Numbered from the stretch's first letter, positions 18,480 through 29,447 are shown. The stretch: DNA of 64,000 bases from Thermoproteota archaeon (GCA_026986575.1 JALSOH010000006.1:192001-256000); one strand, 5' to 3'. Notes: generated from the letters alone by a model not told the origin. Translations and numbers: made by a program.

Positions 18480-18945
18480 TCCCCTTTCAGTGGTGTTCAT
18501 CCTCTCCTCGCTCATGTCTGTAATAGCGGCAGTGCTCATAGTCCATCACAAGTCCATCGTGTACTCAGCATTCTTCCTCTCCGTCTTGGGAGTGGGCAAC
18601 GCGATCCTCTTCACCCTGCTCGGCTTCCCGATAATAGCACTGTTCCACCTCTCCGTGTACGTTGGAGCAGCCGTAACTTTCATCCTCTTCTCAGTGGTGA
18701 TGCTGAAGGAGGCTCCTGTGGTTGAACCACCGGTGAAGGCCCTTGCGGTGATAGCAGCGGGAGTGCTCGCGCTCATAATGGTAAAGATCTTCTCCGTGTT
18801 CAGCGCGGAGCCCTCCTTCCTCCTGAACTACAGGGATCTGACCGCTCTCCTCGTTACCAAGTACTGGTTCGCCCTGATCGTAGCAGCGATAGCGCTGGTG
18901 ACCACGCTGATAGAAGCCATAACCCTCGCCAGAAGGGAGGTGTGA
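18463..18945 (+). CDS. nuoJ: Complex I-like subunit J
   Basis: VYVGA motif, hydrophobic, expected operon position. Confidence 0.9.
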   Translation: MNPLSDPLSVVFILSSLMSVIAAVLIVHHKSIVYSAFFLSVLGVGNAILFTLLGFPIIALFHLSVYVGAAVTFILFSVVMLKEAPVVEPPVKALAVIAAGVLALIMVKIFSVFSAEPSFLLNYRDLTALLVTKYWFALIVAAIALVTTLIEAITLARREV

Positions 18946-18948
18946 GGA

Positions 18949-19254
18949 ATGGAAACCTCATGTTATCTGTTTGTTTCCTCGATACTCTTTGCCATCGGGA
19001 TTTACGGACTCCTAACGAGAAGGAACATGATCAGGATGCTCCTCTCAGCCGAGATTATTTTTAATGCTGCTCTCTTGGCCTTCCTCTCCTTGGCATCGCT
19101 GGACGCCGGCTACGGGCCAGTAGGGGGAGCTATTGTGGTGATAGCCATCTCCCTATCGGCCGCGGAGGTCGGCGTCATAGTCTCCATAGCGATAATGATG
19201 TTCAGGATGAGGAGGGCCCTCGATGTGTATGAACTGAAGAAATTCAGAGGGTGA
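18949..19254 (+). CDS. nuoK: Complex I-like subunit K
   Basis: RRN.IR.LLSAEI.FNA and AAE. Confidence 0.93.
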   Translation: METSCYLFVSSILFAIGIYGLLTRRNMIRMLLSAEIIFNAALLAFLSLASLDAGYGPVGGAIVVIAISLSAAEVGVIVSIAIMMFRMRRALDVYELKKFRG

Positions 19255-19258
19255 GAGT

Positions 19259-20785
19259 ATGATACTGGAAACCCCCTACATGTTCCTGTCAGTGGTAGTG
19301 CCAATGGTGATATCCCTGATATTCCCGTTCTTGGACTTGGGAAAGAAGGCATTCGCCACCATATCCACCGTACTGCTACTGATACCCCTAGCCGTGGTCT
19401 CATGGCTCAGCTACGTCAGCGGCCTCAGCGAGCCCGTGCTCGACCCCGTATTCTTCGCGCATCCCACACTAGGTAACTTCACAATGCTCCTGGACTCCAT
19501 TAGCGCTCCTCTAGCCATCTCCATAGGCCTAGTGACCTCCATGATCTCCTGGTACTCCCTGAAGTACATGGACCACAGGTTCGAGGAGATGGAGGAGGAG
19601 GGCCATAAGCCAGCTAGCTGGGGCGTCTACTACATGCTCTACATACTATTCTCCGCTGCCATGATGGGGACCGTGCTCTCCACGAACCTCATCGAGTTCT
19701 ACATATTCTTGGAGATATCGCTGCTCCCGAGCTTCCTCCTGATAGCCTTCTACGGGTATGGGAAGAGGGAGAGGATAGCGCTCCTCTACCTGATCTGGAC
19801 TCACGTAGGTGCGCTAGCGTTCTTGGTAGGTACGCTTATACTGGGCCTCAACGTGGGGACCTTCGACTACTTCAACCCCATCAAGGCCGTCGCCAACTTG
19901 GGATTGGGTAACGCGCTCCCCGAGGCGATCAGGTTCCCCGTGTTCATTGCCATACTGATAGGGCTCTTCGTGAAGATGGCTGTGTTCGGTGTCCACATAT
20001 GGCTGCCCTACGCGCACGCTGAGGCCCCTACGCCGGTGTCGGCCCTCTTATCCCCGAACCTGATAGGCATAGCCGCATACGCCATGATAAGGATAGCCTA
20101 CGTTCTCTTCCCGGCCGACTTTCAGGCACTAGCCCCCTACATGCTCGGGCTGGCCCTCCTGACCATAATATACGGCGGATTGATGGCCTTGGCCCAGGAC
20201 GACTTCAAGAGGTTCCTTGCCTACTCCAGTGTCTCCCAGATGGGATACCTCCTGATGGGAATAGCGAGTGTGACCGCCTTGGGCATGGCCGGCGCGATAC
20301 TCCACTACGCCGCCCACGCCGTGGGCAAGGCCCTGCTATTCGCCACAGCTGGAGTCCTCATAACCCAGCTTCACGGCCTCAGGAGCCTGAGCAAGATGGG
20401 AGGGCTCGCTCCCAAGATGCCCCTCACCGCCTCACTGGCCCTCATAGGGTTCATGCACATAACAGGCGTGCCACCTTCGCTGGGCCTGTGGAGCGAGGTT
20501 CTCATACTCGCCGGAGTGGCCAACTTCGCCGTGAAGATGAACCAGTTCGTCCTCGTCACACTCTTCTTGCTGATAGGTATAGGGCTCTCCACCGCATACT
20601 CCTTCATCACTATGAGGAGGATATTCTTCGGCAAACCCTCTGAAGCTGCCGAGCACGCTCAGGAGGCCGGAGGGAACCTACTCATACCCATGATAGTCAT
20701 AGCCGCCGTTGGTCTCATACTCTTCCTCGTGCCTCAGCTGCTCGTCGATCCCATGGTGAAGGCCCTGGCTGGACTGCTAGGGTGA
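19259..20785 (+). CDS. nuoM: Complex I-like antiporter subunit M
   Basis: FYIFLE, HIWLPYAHAEAP and AYSSVSQMG. Confidence 0.9.
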   Translation: MILETPYMFLSVVVPMVISLIFPFLDLGKKAFATISTVLLLIPLAVVSWLSYVSGLSEPVLDPVFFAHPTLGNFTMLLDSISAPLAISIGLVTSMISWYSLKYMDHRFEEMEEEGHKPASWGVYYMLYILFSAAMMGTVLSTNLIEFYIFLEISLLPSFLLIAFYGYGKRERIALLYLIWTHVGALAFLVGTLILGLNVGTFDYFNPIKAVANLGLGNALPEAIRFPVFIAILIGLFVKMAVFGVHIWLPYAHAEAPTPVSALLSPNLIGIAAYAMIRIAYVLFPADFQALAPYMLGLALLTIIYGGLMALAQDDFKRFLAYSSVSQMGYLLMGIASVTALGMAGAILHYAAHAVGKALLFATAGVLITQLHGLRSLSKMGGLAPKMPLTASLALIGFMHITGVPPSLGLWSEVLILAGVANFAVKMNQFVLVTLFLLIGIGLSTAYSFITMRRIFFGKPSEAAEHAQEAGGNLLIPMIVIAAVGLILFLVPQLLVDPMVKALAGLLG

Positions 20786-20791
20786 ACTAGG

Positions 20792-22888
20792 ATGGAGTAC
20801 GCGTTCCTGACTTGGCAGATCCCCTACATCGGGGCGATCTTGGCGCTGCTGCTGAACAGGGCAGGCAAGGTGAGGGACGTAATCGCCGTGCTAGCGATCT
20901 TCGGAGCAGCGGTGGCCTCCACCCTCACCTTGCAGGAGGCTCTAGCCTCAGAGGAGGCCATCCACATCTCCTATCCGTGGATCAAGTCGCTTGGCGTCAC
21001 CTTCGGCGTGTACGTGGACTCTCTAGCCGCGGTGATGGCGTTAATAGTGGCGTGGCTGAGTTTCCTCATAGCCGTTTACAGCCTGAAGTACATGGAGGGG
21101 GATCCAGGCCTCACTAGGTACTGGTTCTTCTTCGACTTCTTCGTGGGGAGCATGCTCCTCCTCGTACTGGCAGATAACCTGATCCTGATGTTCTTGGGAT
21201 GGGAGGGCACTGGACTGGCTTCGTACGCACTCATAGGCCACTGGTATACTGATGAGGATGAGAAGTGCGTCGGTGACATAGGGAGGAAGGCTTTAGGCGT
21301 GCCTATGTGGTTCCCACCCAGTCACAGCGGCCTGAGGGCCATAGTCTTCACTAGGCTGGGCGATGTGGGATTCATCGCCGGCATAGGCGCCATCTACTAC
21401 TTCACTCACACGTTCTCCATACCGGAGATAGCCCACATGGTCGGGGAGTGGGCTGGTCCCCTCGCCCACGCTGGACTGCTCTTTCCGTTCCTCCTGATTT
21501 TCTCACTAGGCGCGTTCGCCAAGTCGGCGCAGTTCCCGTTTCACGAGTGGCTCGTCACTGCAATGACCGGTCCCACGTCGGTCAGTGCCTTGATACATGC
21601 CGCCACCATGGTCAAGGCGGGAGTTTACTTCCTGCTAAGGTTCTCCCCTATATTCGTGCTCGCCGCTCACGAGATACCCGCAGCTGAGCCTCAAGTGCAC
21701 GCATTCTTCACGGCTGTAGCGCTAATAGGTGGGTTCACGGCCTTCTTCATGGCGACCCAGGCCCTCGTCTCCAGGGAGCTCAAGCTAATACTCGCGTTCT
21801 CTACCGCCTCCCAGCTGGGATACATGTTCCTAGCCTTGGGCGCGGCTGGGCTCATCGCTGAGTTCCCGATGGGCTTTCTTGCGGGCTTCTCTCACCTGAT
21901 GAGCCACGCGATATTCAAGGCTTCCCTCTTCCTCGTGGCCGGAGCCGTGATACATGTGGTGCACTCTAGATTCATCGACGACATGGGAGGCCTCTGGAAG
22001 GCCATGAAGTGGTCCTTCCTGGCCATGAGCTTGGCAGCTCTGAGCCTGATGGGAGTGCCACCCTTCATGGGCTTCTGGACAAAGGACACCATAATAGAAG
22101 TGGCGAAAGAATCGGGAGTCTTCTTGGCTTACCTGTTCGGAGTCGTGACCGCTGGCTTAACGGCCTTCTACTCCACTAGGATGGTGATAAGGACCTTCCT
22201 CTACGAGATGTCCGAGAACGTGAGGCACGCTGAAGAACATCACCATCTCCACGAGGCCCACCCGCTGATGCTCATCCCCTACCTAGCTCTAGCCCTAGTA
22301 TCGTTCATAGTGGGTCTGTCCTGGCCTGTCTACGGTCCCGAGATACTCGGAGCCATGGTGAGTAATGTGCTGGGGATACACGAGGAGTTCCACCCACACG
22401 TACACTTGGACATAGGGCTGCTCGCGACCTCGCTCACCATGGTGTTCGGAGGTATGTTAGTAGCTATAGGGTTGTACATGACCTCCAGCGGCAGGGTGAC
22501 CGTGCGCTCCCTCAGGGAGAACCCTGCGGGGAAGGTAATACACGATTTCCTCTACGACAGGTGGTACATCAACTCCATCTACTACATAGTGATCGTTGGT
22601 GGCTTCGCTTGGCTCTCCCGCACGATCTTCAAGTACTTCGACTCCCTGATAGTGGACGGCTTCTATCACCGCTTCATACCTTGGCTGACGGACAGGCTGA
22701 GCGTACTAGGGTTCAAGTACTTCGAGACCGAGGTGGTGGACGAGACCTACCACGACAGGATAGTGAGGATGTTCAAGGCCTTCGGATCCTACGTGAGGAG
22801 GCTCCAGACCGGTCTGGTGAACCAGTACCTCGTGGCCTTCTTCATAGGACTGCTCGTGGTGTTATTCCTCCTGCTATGGGTGGGATGA
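20792..22888 (+). CDS. nuoL: Complex I-like antiporter subunit L
   Basis: WEG.G, KSAQFPFH.WL..AM.GPT.VSALIHAATMV and a long C-terminal helix region. Confidence 0.95.
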   Translation: MEYAFLTWQIPYIGAILALLLNRAGKVRDVIAVLAIFGAAVASTLTLQEALASEEAIHISYPWIKSLGVTFGVYVDSLAAVMALIVAWLSFLIAVYSLKYMEGDPGLTRYWFFFDFFVGSMLLLVLADNLILMFLGWEGTGLASYALIGHWYTDEDEKCVGDIGRKALGVPMWFPPSHSGLRAIVFTRLGDVGFIAGIGAIYYFTHTFSIPEIAHMVGEWAGPLAHAGLLFPFLLIFSLGAFAKSAQFPFHEWLVTAMTGPTSVSALIHAATMVKAGVYFLLRFSPIFVLAAHEIPAAEPQVHAFFTAVALIGGFTAFFMATQALVSRELKLILAFSTASQLGYMFLALGAAGLIAEFPMGFLAGFSHLMSHAIFKASLFLVAGAVIHVVHSRFIDDMGGLWKAMKWSFLAMSLAALSLMGVPPFMGFWTKDTIIEVAKESGVFLAYLFGVVTAGLTAFYSTRMVIRTFLYEMSENVRHAEEHHHLHEAHPLMLIPYLALALVSFIVGLSWPVYGPEILGAMVSNVLGIHEEFHPHVHLDIGLLATSLTMVFGGMLVAIGLYMTSSGRVTVRSLRENPAGKVIHDFLYDRWYINSIYYIVIVGGFAWLSRTIFKYFDSLIVDGFYHRFIPWLTDRLSVLGFKYFETEVVDETYHDRIVRMFKAFGSYVRRLQTGLVNQYLVAFFIGLLVVLFLLLWVG

Positions 22889-22891
22889 GAT

Positions 22892-24292
22892 ATGGAAATG
22901 GTGATCTGGTCACTGATGGTCCTGCTCGGTGGCATAGGCCTAGTGGTACCCACGCTCGACTACCTCAAGGGAACCAAGGTGAGCCCCTATCTAGCCCTCA
23001 TAGCTACAGCCCTAGCTGCGGTGCTCATCGGGCTCCTTATAGGGAAGAGCGGTACTCTCTTCGATGGGACCATAAGAGTGGATCCGCTTGCCACCTACTT
23101 GGCGCTGATAGCAACGGTGGGAGCGTTCCTCGTCACCTTCGCCTCTCTGGTCCAGGTGAAGGAGTGGAACACCTCCCCGAGCCTCTACTCCCTCCTCCTC
23201 TTGGCTCTCTTGGGAGTGTACTTCGTGCTATACGTGAATGACGCGTCAGTACTTGTCGCTGCATGGGCCCTAGTGGCTGTCGCCTCATACGTGCTGGTGG
23301 GTATAAAGAAGGACGAGGACTCCTTGGAGGCGACCGCGAAGTACGCGCTGATGGGCGTCGCCTCTTCATCCCTTCTCATATTCGGCATAGCCTTGGTCTT
23401 GGGAATAGTGAAGACCAGCACATTCCAAGTGTTGAACAGCGTACCCATCGGCCTGAAGACGACCCTCCTCTTGGGCGTACTGATGCTCGTTGCCGCATTC
23501 GGGTTCAAGCTAGGTGTCGTTCCATTCCACGGCTGGCTGCCCGATGTCTACGGCGGGGCTCATCCGATAATAGTGTCCTTCGTGGCGGGCGTGATCAAGC
23601 TGATAAGCATAGGAGCATTCCTGAGAGTCCTCCAGCCCCTCATACCCGCTGTCGCCAATGACTGGTTCCTAATAATGGCCTTTCTCTCGATAATAACCAT
23701 GTTCTATGGTAACTTGGCTGCGTTGGTCCAGAAGAACGTGCAGAGGATGATGGCCTACTCCAGCATAGCGCAGGCAGGATACTTCCTGATAGCCTTCGCC
23801 GCCTTGGCATACTCCGACTCCCAGGCTCTGGCGCTGGAGGGCATAGGGCTGCACGTCACCACCTACGTCTTGGCTAAGGTGGGCATATTCGTCGGCTTGG
23901 CCTACTTCGCTAGGAAGGGATTCGACCTGACGCTGGAGGGTCTGAGCGGCGTAGGAAGGAAGCTGCCCCTCTCAGGGACCTTCATGACCGTGCTGGTACT
24001 CAGTCTAATGGGGATGCCTCCTCTCATAGGATTCTGGAGCAAGTTCATGTACATCTTCTACTCAGTGATGAATGTGGCCCCGTGGCTGGCCTTCCTCGGT
24101 ATAGTGAACAGCGGTATCTCCGTGGGTTACTACGCTCAGGTGATAAGGTACCTGTTCTTCACCGATCCACCGGAGGTGGACGTCAAGGAGGAGGAACCCG
24201 ATCTCGAGGTCTATGTGCTCACCATCACCGCAGTGCTGACCGTCCTCCTAGGACTAGGGCTCGTGGATGTCATAATAGCCCTCCTCTCCTAA
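22892..24292 (+). CDS. nuoN: Complex I-like antiporter subunit N
   Basis: FKLGVVPFHGWLPDVYGGA and RMMAYSSI. Confidence 0.93.
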   Translation: MEMVIWSLMVLLGGIGLVVPTLDYLKGTKVSPYLALIATALAAVLIGLLIGKSGTLFDGTIRVDPLATYLALIATVGAFLVTFASLVQVKEWNTSPSLYSLLLLALLGVYFVLYVNDASVLVAAWALVAVASYVLVGIKKDEDSLEATAKYALMGVASSSLLIFGIALVLGIVKTSTFQVLNSVPIGLKTTLLLGVLMLVAAFGFKLGVVPFHGWLPDVYGGAHPIIVSFVAGVIKLISIGAFLRVLQPLIPAVANDWFLIMAFLSIITMFYGNLAALVQKNVQRMMAYSSIAQAGYFLIAFAALAYSDSQALALEGIGLHVTTYVLAKVGIFVGLAYFARKGFDLTLEGLSGVGRKLPLSGTFMTVLVLSLMGMPPLIGFWSKFMYIFYSVMNVAPWLAFLGIVNSGISVGYYAQVIRYLFFTDPPEVDVKEEEPDLEVYVLTITAVLTVLLGLGLVDVIIALLS

Positions 24293-24326
24293 CTCTTTTT
24301 CTCTAGATCTTCGGAATTGGAAGTAA

Positions 24327-24782
24327 CTACAGCTGACGGAGGAGCCGAGACCAGCTGAGCACCTCCTTAGGTCTCAATTCCAGCTCCAGTTTTAATAGCA
24401 CATCATCCTCGGTGAGGAGTCGGTACCCTCTCACGGCAGCGGTGGCGTATATCATCCTATCGAAGTAATCCCCCACCCCGGCGTCCAGCAAAAGATCCGC
24501 GACCCTCTCAACCTCCGGATCGGTCAGTTCAACTTGGGAGATCCTGTCCTCGGAGAGCAGCGCCTTCAGTCCAGATATGAAGGCTCCCGCTAACTCCTTC
24601 CTCATCTTAGGATATCTTTTCATGAGTTTGAGGGATATCCACTTAGCCTCGATCAGGGAAATAGGATTGTAGAGGACCCTGTAAGCTTCAAGAACCTGTG
24701 GGAACTTGTCGTAGTACTCGAGCCCAACAGCAATCCCAAAAATGGGAAGCAGGTAGGTGGTGTCCAACAGGAGCTCATCCAT
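24327..24782 (-). CDS. vapC: PIN-domain toxin
   Basis: LLDTTYL, SLIEA, DYFDRMIYATA and LLTED. Confidence 0.88.
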   Translation of the reverse strand: MDELLLDTTYLLPIFGIAVGLEYYDKFPQVLEAYRVLYNPISLIEAKWISLKLMKRYPKMRKELAGAFISGLKALLSEDRISQVELTDPEVERVADLLLDAGVGDYFDRMIYATAAVRGYRLLTEDDVLLKLELELRPKEVLSWSRLLRQL

Positions 24783-25017
24783 AGACGCCCTCCTCCCTCT
24801 GAGCCTCCTCGCTCAATCTCTCAGCCTCCTCGGGGGTTATCCTGATCACTGGATTCCTTATCATGTCCTCCAAGGCGGGAACTGGTTCCACTATCAGCTT
24901 TCCATCCTCTATCTTGGCTCTGACCACGCCCCCTTCCCTTATTCCCAATGTCCTCCTGATCTCTTTGGTAGTGTAGATCTCTCCCCTTTTTCCGACCTTT
25001 AGCATAATCTCCGACAT
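24775..25017 (-). CDS. vapB: AbrB/MazE-family antitoxin
   Basis: KVGKRGEIY..KEIRR.LGIREG; overlaps vapC; likely start ATG at 25017. Confidence 0.85.
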   Translation of the reverse strand: MSEIMLKVGKRGEIYTTKEIRRTLGIREGGVVRAKIEDGKLIVEPVPALEDMIRNPVIRITPEEAERLSEEAQREEGVYG

Positions 25018-25214
25018 AACTACTCTCACCGAGATTATCCATAAATTCGGAGAATAAAAATGTATCAGAAGAGTACTCTCTGTATCTCTTTGAGCGATTT
25101 AAGGAAAAAAGCGAGTTCGATGGAAGATCGAAAGTGATTTGAGGAATCTTGCCGGAAGCCGTCGCTTCCCACCTTGGGTAGTGCTCTCTCGTGAATATGG
25201 AGTTAATTTTTTAT

Positions 25215-26361
25215 GTGGTTAAGGCGAAGAGGCGAGGGTCCGCATGTACCTTCGGCATTGACGGATGCAAGCCAGCCACCTTAATCCTCGAGAACGGATC
25301 CGTTTATCGCGGTTGCAGCAGGAGCGGTCCCGGTATTCGCGTTCGGTGAGGTCGTCTTCACCACCGGGATGGTCGGGTACCCTGAGTCCCTGAGCGACCC
25401 TAGCTATAGGGGACAGATTCTGGTGATGACCAACCCGCTTATAGGTAATTACGGCGTACATACGGATCTGCTGGAGTCCGACGGAGTCCAGGTGACCTCG
25501 CTCATAATCCACGAACTTACAGACGCTCCTCACAGATCATCGAAATTATCGCTGCAGGAGTGGTTCGATAAATACGATGTGCCCATAATGGAGTGGGTCG
25601 ACACGAGAGCTCTCACCAAGGAACTGAGGGAAAGGGGGGTAATGAAGGGAGCAATAGGGATTTGGGACTCGGAAGAAGATCTTAACTCGCTGTTGAAGGC
25701 GCTGGAAGGGGCTCCCTCGTACGACGAGCTGGACCTAGTTGACGAGGTCTCCCCAAGGGAGGCAATACACCTGAGCGATTCCAGGCCTCTGGTTGCAGTC
25801 ATCGACTGTGGACTGAAGCTTGGGATAGTGAGGGAACTGTTGAGGAGGGGATTAGGCGTTGTTAGGCTGCCCTGTAGCTCCAGCGCTGACGATGTGTGGG
25901 AGACGGAGCCTGACGCCCTCCTGCTCGGTAATGGACCGGGAAACCCTGAACTGCTCAAGTCTCAGGGGGAGATGGCCGTGGAACTGGCCTACGACGGGTT
26001 AGTCACCCTCGGTATATGCTTGGGACATCAGCTCATATCCCTTGGCTTGGGAGCGGAGACCTATAAGATGAAGTACGGGCATAGGGGCCAGAACAAGCCC
26101 GTCAGAGATCTCAGGACCGGGAGGTGTTATGTCACCAGCCAAAATCACGGGTACGCAGTCAGGAGGGAGAGCCTGAGGGAAGCTAACCTCAGAGAGTGGT
26201 TCATCAATCCAGATGACTCCACCCTAGAGGGGACTTACCACGAGGAACTACCGATAGCCACCACCCAGTTCCATCCTGAATCGTCACCGGGACCGATGGA
26301 CACCTCTTGGGTGTTCGACCTGTTCGCCGAGGCGGTGAGGGAGGGAAGATGGAGACTGTGA
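25215..26361 (+). pseudogene. carA: Carbamoyl-phosphate synthase small subunit with a frameshift near the 5' end (real lesion or sequence error)
   Basis: One frame reads ATLILENGSVYRGCS..GIRV then TGA; the +1 frame continues GEVVFTTGMVGYPESLSDPSY. The rest is intact (GICLGHQ, QFHPE). The start at GTG 25215 is uncertain. Confidence 0.85.
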
Positions 26362-29300
26362 GGAAGGTCCTCCTCATCGGTTCGGGCGCGATAAAGGTTG
26401 CAGAAGCTGCAGAGTTCGACTATAGTGGTAGCCAGGCGATAAAGGCGTTGAAGGAGGAGGGTATAGAGGTAGTTCTGGTGAACCCGAACGTGGCGACAAT
26501 ACAGACCGGAGATATGGCCGACAGGGTGTACCTCCTCCCCATAAGGAAGGAGTTCTTGGAGAGGGTCATAGAGGCGGAGAGACCAGACGGGATAATGCTC
26601 GGGTTCGGGGGCCAGACGGCCTTGGATGCTGGGGTCAGTCTGTGGCGCTCCGGCACCTTGGACAAGTACGGGGTGAGGGTACTCGGGACCCAGCCAGAGG
26701 CCATAGACAGGGCATTGAACAGGGAGAAGTTCAAGGAGGCTTTGGAGAGGAACGGAGTTCCCATGCCCCCTAGCAGGCATGTCTCATCGGTAGAGGAGGC
26801 GGTGGAAGCGGCAGACTCGATAGGCTACCCTGTGATGGTTAGGGTCTCCTACAACTTGGGAGGAAGGGGTTCCTTCATAGCTTGGAGCAGGGAGGAAATG
26901 ATGGCTCTTATCCTGAGGGCTTTGAAGGCGAGCTCCATAGGAAGCGCCCTCGTGGAGAAGTACTTGGGAGGATGGAAGGAGATAGAATTTGAGGTGGTGA
27001 GGGATACTTACGGGAATGTGATCGCTCCGGCCTGCTTGGAAAATGCTGACCCAATGGGTGTGCACACCGGCGAATCCGTCGTGGTTGCGCCCTGTCAGAC
27101 CCTCACCAACCAAGAATACCAGATGTTGAGGAGCGCATCCCTGAGGGTAGCCGAGGCCATGGGGTTGGTGGGCGAGGGTAACGTCCAATTCGCATTGGGA
27201 GACGAGTACTACGCCATAGAGATGAACCCAAGGATGTCCAGATCATCAGCCTTGGCTAGCAAGGCCACGGGTTACCCACTAGCCTACGTGGCGGCCAAGC
27301 TGGCCTTGGGCTACAGGCTCGATGAGATACTGAACAGGGTGACCGGGGCGACTTGCTCCTGCTTCGAGCCCAGCCTCGACTACGTTGTCGTGAAGATACC
27401 TAGGTGGGACTTAGAGAAGTTCGAGGGGGTCGAGAGGAGCATAGGGAGCGAGATGAAGAGTATAGGGGAGGTCATGGCCATAGGCAGGAACTTGGCGGAG
27501 GCTATGCAGAAGGGCCTGAGGATGCTGGGGAGGTTCGACGGGCTGCCAATGGAAGGGGATCCCTCGGAGGCCCTGAAGGCCCTGAGGGAGAGGAGGCCCT
27601 ACTGGCCGGCATGGGCCTCAATAGCTCTGGCTGGAGGGGTGAGCGCCGAGGAGGTAGCCGAGGCCAGCGGTGTGGACATATGGTTCATCAAAGAACTGGA
27701 GAAAGCCGTCAGGGTCTACTCTAGGCTGGATACGAGCCCTTCTTCTCTGTATGCGGCGAAGAGATACGGCTTCTCCGACGCCCAGATAGCAAAGAAGCTG
27801 AGGGTGAGCGAGGATCAGGTCAGGAGGCTCAGGAAATCGCAGGGGATATCTCCAGTATTCAAACAGATAGATACGCTTGCAGCCGAGTGGCCATCAATCA
27901 CCAACTACTTGTACGCCACCTACGGGGGTCAGACCCACGACGTGAGGCCCGGAGCTGATGTGCTGGTGATAGGGGCAGGGGTCTTCAGGATAGGCGTCTC
28001 CGTGGAGTTCGACTGGGGTGTGGTGGAGTTCGCTAGAGCCGCGAAGGAGTACGTGGACACCGTAGCGATAGTGAACTACAACCCGGAGACGGTGTCCACG
28101 GACTGGGACCTGGTGGATAGGCTGTACTTCGAGGAACTCACCCTAGAGAGGCTGCTCGACATATACGAGTTCGAGTCCCCCGTCAAGGTCGTCACATTCC
28201 TCGGAGGGCAGGTGGCCAATGATCTGGCCGAGCCCCTAGAATCCAGAGGGGTCGATGTGCTAGGGACGAGCGGGAGTAATGTGGAGGTGGCCGAGAGCAG
28301 GGACAGGTTTTCTCAACTCTTGGATGAGCTCGGATTGAGGCAACCCCCATGGAAGGAGGTGAACTCTGTGGAGGAGGCGCTGGATTTCGCGATGGAGCAC
28401 GGCTACCCTGTGATGGTGAGGCCGTCACACGTCCTGAGCGGCACCTCCATGTCACTAGCTTGGGACGAGGGATCCCTGAGGCAGGCAGTTCGCTCAGCCC
28501 TCTCCACTGGAAGGAGTGTAGTGGTGTCTAAGTTCTTGAGAGGACCAGAGGCCGAGATAGATGGTGTAGCCGACGGAGATAGCGTGATTGGGGTGGTGAT
28601 AAGGCATATCGAGCCTGCTGGTATTCATTCTGGCGATTCCACTATGGTACTCCCAGCCCGCGGTCTACCAGTGGATGAAATGAAGGAGGCTGCCCTGAAG
28701 CTGATAAGGGCCCTCCAGATAAAGGGGCCCTTTAACTTACAATTCGTGATAAACGGTGGCGGTGTTTACGTACTGGAGCTGAACCTGAGGGCATCAAGAT
28801 CGATGCCCTTCTCCAGCAAGGCCTCGGGCGTCAACCTAGCTAGGGCAGCTGCAAAGGTGGTATTTGAGGGATCTTTGGGAGTTGATGAATTCTACGAGCC
28901 CGCGATGTTACACTATGCGGTGAAGTCACCGCAGTTCTCGTGGTCGCAGCTGAGAGGGGCCTATCCCTATCTGGGGGTTGAAATGAGGTCAACGGGGGAA
29001 GTCGCTTCAATGGACAGGGCTTACGAGGCGGCTCTCCTTAAGTCCTGGCTGGCCGTGAGCCCGAACAGGATGCCAGAGAGGGGAGTGGTAGTGGGATACG
29101 AAGGAGTAAGGGAGGAGCGCGGGAAGATGGAGGCGGCTGCGGATACGCTAGCATCCATGCTGGATGTCTGGTGGATGTCGGAAGTTGGCGAGGAGGAGGC
29201 GATGGAACTGCTGAAGGAGGGGAGAGCTGACATGGTAATCGCTACCGGGTACGCGCCTCAGGTGGACTACGCGGTGAGGAGGTTGGCGGCCGACTTGAAT

Positions 29301-29447
29301 ATCCCTCTGGTCTTGAACGCCGATCTAGCCTTGGAGTTGGCCAGAGCCTTCAATGCAGTCAGCTTGGAGGAGGTGGAGATAAAACCGATGTCCTCATACG
29401 CTAGAGGTTACCGCTCCATGGGACTACTGAGGAAGATCCCCCCTTGA
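26349..29447 (+). CDS. carB: Carbamoyl-phosphate synthase large subunit
   Basis: GSGAIKVAEAAEFDYSG, two ATP-grasp halves, GVHTGES and NPETVSTD; start ATG at 26349. Confidence 0.97.
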   Translation: METVRKVLLIGSGAIKVAEAAEFDYSGSQAIKALKEEGIEVVLVNPNVATIQTGDMADRVYLLPIRKEFLERVIEAERPDGIMLGFGGQTALDAGVSLWRSGTLDKYGVRVLGTQPEAIDRALNREKFKEALERNGVPMPPSRHVSSVEEAVEAADSIGYPVMVRVSYNLGGRGSFIAWSREEMMALILRALKASSIGSALVEKYLGGWKEIEFEVVRDTYGNVIAPACLENADPMGVHTGESVVVAPCQTLTNQEYQMLRSASLRVAEAMGLVGEGNVQFALGDEYYAIEMNPRMSRSSALASKATGYPLAYVAAKLALGYRLDEILNRVTGATCSCFEPSLDYVVVKIPRWDLEKFEGVERSIGSEMKSIGEVMAIGRNLAEAMQKGLRMLGRFDGLPMEGDPSEALKALRERRPYWPAWASIALAGGVSAEEVAEASGVDIWFIKELEKAVRVYSRLDTSPSSLYAAKRYGFSDAQIAKKLRVSEDQVRRLRKSQGISPVFKQIDTLAAEWPSITNYLYATYGGQTHDVRPGADVLVIGAGVFRIGVSVEFDWGVVEFARAAKEYVDTVAIVNYNPETVSTDWDLVDRLYFEELTLERLLDIYEFESPVKVVTFLGGQVANDLAEPLESRGVDVLGTSGSNVEVAESRDRFSQLLDELGLRQPPWKEVNSVEEALDFAMEHGYPVMVRPSHVLSGTSMSLAWDEGSLRQAVRSALSTGRSVVVSKFLRGPEAEIDGVADGDSVIGVVIRHIEPAGIHSGDSTMVLPARGLPVDEMKEAALKLIRALQIKGPFNLQFVINGGGVYVLELNLRASRSMPFSSKASGVNLARAAAKVVFEGSLGVDEFYEPAMLHYAVKSPQFSWSQLRGAYPYLGVEMRSTGEVASMDRAYEAALLKSWLAVSPNRMPERGVVVGYEGVREERGKMEAAADTLASMLDVWWMSEVGEEEAMELLKEGRADMVIATGYAPQVDYAVRRLAADLNIPLVLNADLALELARAFNAVSLEEVEIKPMSSYARGYRSMGLLRKIPP

